Assembly (NCBI RefSeq): GCF_009834535.1
Contig: NC_045708.1
Coordinates: forward strand, 62,001 to 126,000
Direction: 5' to 3'
Source of the DNA: Camelus ferus
Lineage: Eukaryota
Length of the DNA: 64,000 bases
Shown: positions 58,368 to 64,000 of the stretch, piece by piece
Position numbering within the stretch: position 1 is the stretch's first letter
How the letters are laid out: every line of letters begins with the position of its first letter
Notes under the pieces: model-generated
Told to the model about the DNA's origin: nothing
Databases searched by the model: none
What the model saw: the letters and a program-made list of their open reading frames with translations, nothing else
Translations under genes and position numbers: made by a program

Positions 58368-60399
58368 CCCGCGGGCGACAAAGGCGAGCTGGGGCACCCT
58401 GCCTGGGCCCGCCTCCGGCAACGCTGGGCCGAGACGGGAAAATCGCCGCGCCCGCTCCTGAGTTCCAAAGCGGTGAGCCAGGCGGGTGGCCCTCCGGGAG
58501 GGCGGAGGGGCGGGGCTCACCTTCGGGCCAAGCAGGGGCGGGGTGAGGGTGGGGCGGCGCCGGCAATCTGAAGGGAATATTCGAGAGGGGAGCCGGGTGA
58601 GGCGCCTCCGAGGAGCTGGCGAGCCTCTGCACACATGCCACCGCTTCCCACTCCGCTTCCCCCTCCGCCATCCTCGAACCCCGCCAGGGGCCTAGGGCCT
58701 CTGCATAGTCTCTGAATCTAACCCCCACCGTCTGCAGCACTTACACAGGCCCGTGACACGGTGGACTTGGAACACAAGCCGGTGGCAGGAGAAAGGTCAG
58801 CTGACCAAGGTAGGAAGGGTGGCATCACAGGACGATTAAACGATGGCATAGGACCAAGGAAGGTGACGCCACAGGGCAGGCAGAGTGCTGTCATCGGTCA
58901 GGCAGGAATAACGTCATGGAACAGAATGTAAGGATGCCACTGGTCAGGTTGGCGATGTCTCCACATAATCAGAGGTGATGTCTCAGGGTGAAGGTGGATG
59001 ATGACACAAGCCAGATAGGGTGATGTCACGATGGCTGGTGATGTCATGCTCTTCCAGATTACCCAACAGTGAGCCAAGCACCAGCAATGTAGGGCTCAGA
59101 AAAAAATGAGAGCAACTTGTTAAAATTGTGTTTGTTATTGCAAAGAGGCATATTGGGAAACAGGGCTAAGCTTATCTTTGTGTTTGATGCTGCTTTCATT
59201 TTGAATTACATTGCAGGGCACTGTCACCTTTTGAGTGCTGGAGATGTCCAGCCCAGTCTGGCCTGGCAGCAGTCTCGTCTGCATCCCACAGATGTTTCCT
59301 GAGGCCCACGGTGGGTCTGGCCTGCCCTTGAGGCTGGGGAAATTTCTCCTGGGCTCTAATTCAATGGGGAAAGCGATGGCAAACAAAACAATGACGCGGT
59401 TGCCAGAGACAGAAAGAAATAGGTAGATTGCTGGGGAAAAGGAAATCCTTCTTTCGACTGGGTGGTCTCCAGGGAAGACAGCAGCTCTGCAAGGCGGAGT
59501 GGGGGGCGGGGGGAGTCGGGGAGAGAAGTAGCATTCCTAGGACAGAAAGATAGAAAGGGACCACAGAGCCCAAGGGAGGAGGGGCCATGGCAGGCAGGGT
59601 GTAGGGATCTGGGGCTTCTGACCTGGGGAGGGATCTGGGAGAGTCGTGGTTGCCTTTCGTGAGCAGCGGAGTGGACCGACTGGCAGCTCCGAAGGGTCAC
59701 ATCGGCTGCTATGGTTTACCAAGTGGGTGGCGTTGACAGGTGGCCCCTGCCCCAACACCCATTCCCAGGGTCCCAGTCCGGGGGCCCCAGTGCAAACGCC
59801 TCCTCTCCATTCCAAAGCCATCCTTGTCGGTCCCGGTCTAACCCTCTGGAAGCTCCTGATGCGAAACTGCTTCCCTCCACAGTCCTCGGGGGCGCTCCGG
59901 GTGGGGCGGGAGGCGGCTACATCCGACTTCCCTCTGGACTGTCACTGATAAGGCCAGGCCTCACACTCCCCACCCAGGTCCCCAGGGATACGTGCGTGCA
60001 CGGCAATGAGTGCTGAAGAGCTGCAGGGGTCTGGATCAGGAAGGGACATGCCATGGGGACCCTGCCAGCACAGAAAGCCCTGGGAGCGCTGACAGGGCCG
60101 GTGCCAGGGCGGCTGGGATCAGTCCTGAGGGGGATGAGGCCGCGGGGGTCGCGACGCCTTCACTGCAGCCTGCCCGCAGCAGGCGGGAGAGGAAGCCCGC
60201 GAGTGCCCCCAGTGGCCACCGGCACCACCTCCCCCGTCTGGGAGGTGTCGGGGGAGCCCGTGGCGGACGGGGTGCTTGGGACCTGGCCTGGATGGGCTCT
60301 GGGTCGCCCCCAGCCTGCCGCAGAGGGGGTTCAGACTGGAAGAGAGTCCTGAGGAGCCTCGTTCTTGACCGTTCTTTCCCTCCTAGTGGTTAGACGTTC

Positions 60400-60515
60400 T
60401 CACTTACCCTCCTCTACCTGTTTCCTCACCTGTAAAATGAACTATCTTTTCGTTTATCCCCGGGTTACTGGGAAGATACATGAGATCCTATTTTGAAAGT
60501 GCTCAGCACGAGTCA
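60400..60515 (+). mobile_element. MIR SINE remnant
   Basis: ctgtttcctcacctgtaaaatg...atgagatcctattttgaaagtgctcagcac matches MIR (cagtttcctcatctgtaaaatgg...atgagataatgcatgtaaagcgcttagcac). Confidence 0.75.
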
Positions 60516-60949
60516 GCTACAGTTGTTACTGCCTGGGGAAGATTGAGACAGGCAGGGAGGAGCCACCTGGACTCACCTGCCATGTGCCCCACAGCACTGT
60601 CTGCCTTCTGAGAGCCACACCCCCCCCCAGCTCATCCCCAGACCCCTGCCAGAGAGGGAGGGATGCCCTCCACCCAGGGTCTCTGGGGGCCTGTGTCTTG
60701 GTCCTTCCAGCCCCAGCCCCAGCCAGGAGCCCTTTGTACCCCAGAGCAAAGTGACTTTCCTTACTGTGTTCACAGGGCTGCACCCCCACTGTCTGTATGA
60801 TTGTGTCTCTCTGGGCCCTCGTAACTCTGGCCATCTCCTCTCTGCCTTTCATATCTGAACTTGATCCCTGGTAGGACCCACAGGTCTCCTGGGGGCTGCA
60901 GGGGCCCCCCTGCTCTGCGTAGGGAGGAGAGTCCTGGGCTGCAGTGGGG

Positions 60950-61457
60950 AAATGGTGCTGACACCTTGGTGTGGAATACTGCCCTTCCTAGAGGTGGCTC
61001 CAACAGTGCCTCTCAGCCCAGATACCCTTATGGTGTGTCCTTGGTGAGACTTGTGATGACATCAACCACAGACACAGGGCAGCGGTGAGATGTGAGTCCT
61101 GAGGCTCTGCCTGAAAAATGCCACACATGTTCACCTTGCTGTCCTGAGAAACCCGCTCTTGGAACCCATTTGCCCCTCTATGAGGAAGCCTAGACTGGCC
61201 CCATGGAGAGGCCCCAAGGAGAGGCTCTAAGGAGGGTCCTCGTGTACGTATTGTAGCCAAGAGCCCAGAAATCTCAGCTGCTGGGCTGGTGAGTGAGTCA
61301 CCTCCAGGTGACCCCAACTTAACAGCTTCAGGGCCCCCCACTTCGTGTCTTCCCAGCTGCCCCTGTGTGCTCTGTTCCAATTCTCAATTGACAGAATAGG
61401 GCAGTCGTTACTGTGACGTTTGGGGGCATCTGTCACACAACAGGAGTAACTGGAATA
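60950..61457 (+). mobile_element. MLT1 (F/G/H-type) MaLR solo LTR
   Basis: atgaggaagcctagactggccccatggagaggccc, ggtgagtgagtcacctccaggtgacccca and the terminus gtttgggggcatctgtcacacaacaggagtaactggaata resemble the sense MLT1 end. Confidence 0.6.
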
Positions 61458-62559
61458 GCTAAGACGGACCAAGCCCTGGACCCTGGCCCTTCCCTCCCAC
61501 CCCTGCTTCTTCCTGTCCTTACTCCTTTCTCCAGCATTTACAGAGCCTCAGGAGCTCTGAGCCCTGGCTTCCCATCTGATGAGGTGCTTTCTGCAAACCA
61601 TCAAAGGCCAGCTATCTGTCCTCCTAGATCAGGCTTGAGTGGGCCAAGTCCCAGTTGGCTGGTGGCCTCAGGGCATCTCCAGGGCCCACTGTTGGCCACT
61701 GGGTATAGGGGTCATGGGGGCTGAGGCAGGAAAGTCAGTGGGGGAACCTGTGTAGAAAGACAGGTGTATTTCCAGGCCAGGCACTGGGCTCTAGCCTTGT
61801 GGCAGGCGCAGGTTGGGGGCATCTCCTCACATCTGGCTGCCATGACAGCGTTCCACACAAAAACATTCAGACAATGTCCCTTGGGGGCCTGCCAAGTGCT
61901 GTCTGTGCACACCTCCCTCCCAACCTCTGACATGGGGGTGGCATTCCCACCCTGCCCCTCAGCATTCCACTGGCACAGGGACTCCAGAACATCAGAGACC
62001 CATGGACCACTGCCTGCACCCCCACACCCTGCTGTTCCCTCCTCTCCTGCCAAGGGGCAGCAGCCTGTGGACTCAGGCAGCTGGGACCAAGTGACCAGGC
62101 TAGAACCGTCTCAGGTCCTCTCCTGGAGCATGGGAACTGGGTGCTGAGTTGTTCATCAGTGTTTGCTAGAATGACAAAGTGGCAGAGGCCAAGGGCAGGG
62201 GAGTCCAGGATTCAGGATAGAGATGAAGGACACAGAGGCCAGGAGACCAGGATGCCAACAGTGGGGCTGGAGATTCAAGGGTAGTTCTCACCCCCTGTGG
62301 CTTCCACCCTTACAGGCCATGGACCAACACACCTTCCCTCAGCCATCTGATGCCTCACAAGTGGGGGCAGTTCCCCCAACAGCACCTCCCCCGTGGTCTG
62401 GGCACTGTCAACATCCTTCTCCGGAACTGGGTGTTGACACTTCGCCACATGTGGGAAACCATGTCCCCCCAGCTTCTGGGTGGTGAAAGAATCTCCTTCC
62501 AACGCTGGGACGCCACCTCCCTGCTAGCTCCAATGGGCGCTGCTTTTCCCTCCACTCTT

Positions 62560-62860
62560 CTTGGCCACTGCTCTTGGGGAGAGGTGAGCTTCCTTGTCCC
62601 TCGTCCTTGGCACTTTCAGACCGGTTTCCTCTTCACCAAAAAAAGCCCCGGCTTTGAACCCCACCTTATTATCAGACCTGACCTTGCTGGAGTCGCCTGC
62701 AGCCCTGGGGGCCTCCCCCGCGCTCCCTGAAGGTTTTACTCCTGGTTCCCTGTCACTTTCCCCAGCCACTCCTATCACAGTTCTTGGTGATTTCAAAATC
62801 CGCACGGGTGATTCTCCAACCTCTGGCCTCCCTCTCCTACATGGAAGGTCCAAGTGAGCT
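62560..62860 (+). mobile_element. L2 LINE ORF2 (endonuclease-region) remnant
   Basis: Track ORF 62594-62857 contains TPITVLGDFKIRTGDSPTSGL, resembling the L2 APE motif PVIILGDFNIHVDDPSNTL. Confidence 0.6.
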
Positions 62861-63279
62861 TGATAACTAAGATCCCGTTCGCGTGGTGCTGGGGTTGCCG
62901 GCCGCTCTCGGTTTCCGGTCGGCTCTGGAGGCCCCGCCCACCGGAAGCCCCGCCCGCGGGCACAGGGAGGCGGGGGTGAGGTGGGGCTGGAGCTGGAGGC
63001 GGAAGGTCCAGCTCCCTTGAGCGGCTGTGCTTCCAGCGTCACCTGGGGTCCTGCCTCCTCCCTCCACACCCCCAGCCTCTTCTCTCAGGTCCTGCTCGCC
63101 GCACCCCCCACCCCCACCCCCACCGGTGACAGCATTGCGCATGTTCTTGCGCCTGTCGGTGCCTCTAGTACTTGGGGAACAAGTCTTCACAGTAACTTCT
63201 CCGTCCAGGCAGCGGGAGCAGTCGCTGCCTGGTGACGGAGCCTGACTGAGGCTCCAGCCTCCTCTGCATCTGACCCTTC

Positions 63280-63480
63280 TCAGGGTCCTCAAACCAACAT
63301 TTTGCCGTCATCCTTGACCCTTGAAGTCCACCTCCAGTGCTGCCCCACCAGGTCCTACAGCTGCTCTACCTTCCGGATGTATCCAAATCCCCTCCTGACC
63401 CCTTGCTCTCCTACCACTGACTGCAAGCCACCACTACCTTGGTCCTGGATTTTTGCAGAAGCTCTTTGCCATGGCAAGGA
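63280..63480 (+). mobile_element. L2 LINE 3'-region remnant
   Basis: gtcatccttgacc...gctctaccttccggatgtatccaaatcc...caagccaccactaccttggtcctggatttttgca follows L2 (gtcatccttgactc...gctctaccttcaaaatatatccagaatcc...caagccaccatcatctctcgcctggattattgca). Confidence 0.65.
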
Positions 63481-63599
63481 GGCTAGTGTTGGAGCCAAGC
63501 GCTTGGTATCGGAAGGTGGACAGAAGAGGAGAGGGTGCACAGAGTGGCTAGAGCGAGCTTAAGCCCCTCCTATCACTCGGAGGGTGCCGGGAAGCCGTG

Positions 63600-63780
63600 G
63601 GAAGGAGGTTTCCTGTAGATCACTCTGGCTGATGGGTCAGTGACAGATTATGGGGGGCAGGACAGAAGCAGGACCACTAGGATGTATCCTCAGTAACCCA
63701 GGTGAGGTGTGATCGTGCCCTAGACCAGGCTGCACAGGTATAAGTGATGAGGACTGTGGGCATTCTTGGGAAGGATTTTT
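63600..63780 (-). mobile_element. L2 LINE remnant, opposite orientation
   Basis: agatcactctggctg...gaagcaggaccactaggatg...cagtaacccaggtgagg matches antisense L2 (agatcactctggctgc...gaagcagggagaccagttaggaggctattgcagtaatccaggcgag). Confidence 0.65.
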
Positions 63781-64000
63781 GTTGTTGCTGCTGCTTAGAT
63801 AGTTGACTTAAAAATAAAATCAAGTGTATTAAATATTACAGATACTATTTTAAAGGCTTAGGGAAGTTTAAGATAGTTTGAAAATGAAACCAAATTTTAA
63901 TCAAAGGCCCCTTCATAAGTGGCTCTTGTAACTTCATAAATAGAATATTAAGGTTTGTGACTAGAACTTACGTATTTTGTAGTATTAGTTCAAATAATTT

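Larger units (their letters stand above)
57060..58700. promoter_or_regulatory. CpG island covering HES4 and its promoter
   Basis: Very high CpG density across the whole gene and about 600 bp upstream. Confidence 0.85.

Noticed and set aside
1-64000. tRNA, rRNA, CRISPR arrays or foreign (non-mammalian) inserts
   Set aside because: No cloverleaf or A/B boxes, rRNA motifs, repeat-spacer arrays or long intronless foreign-looking ORFs were seen on either strand.

Overview
GC-rich placental-mammal genomic DNA, collinear with the human 1p36.33 block: SAMD11 (+, 5'-truncated; last 10 coding exons), NOC2L (-, 19 exons, 749 aa), KLHL17 (+, 12 exons, 643 aa), PLEKHN1 (+, 16 exons, 605 aa), PERM1 (-, 3 coding exons, 783 aa) and HES4 (-, 4 exons, 225 aa). 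I walked every splice junction by hand: all exon phases close and all six reading frames are intact. An intact HES4 argues against mouse or rat, and no Alu argues against a simian primate. I recognised only old pan-placental repeats (L1M, L2, MIR, MLT1, MER21-like, MER58), so the species is unresolved. I found no RNA genes, CRISPR arrays or prokaryotic features, and most ORF-track entries are GC-rich noise. I found no unambiguous new biological system. The best leads are: (i) a CpG island with CTCF/ETS motifs that appears to be overwriting the 3' end of an old L1 by AT-to-GC substitution; (ii) a spliced upstream ORF in frame with PERM1 that stops two codons before its ATG; (iii) homeodomain-site clusters around SAMD11, one inside a NOC2L intron; (iv) an orphan promoter-like island within L2 remnants, plus an ISRE, toward the expected ISG15 side. 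Gene and repeat-family names and all human comparisons come from recalled sequences, not database searches. Repeat and CpG-island boundaries are approximate.
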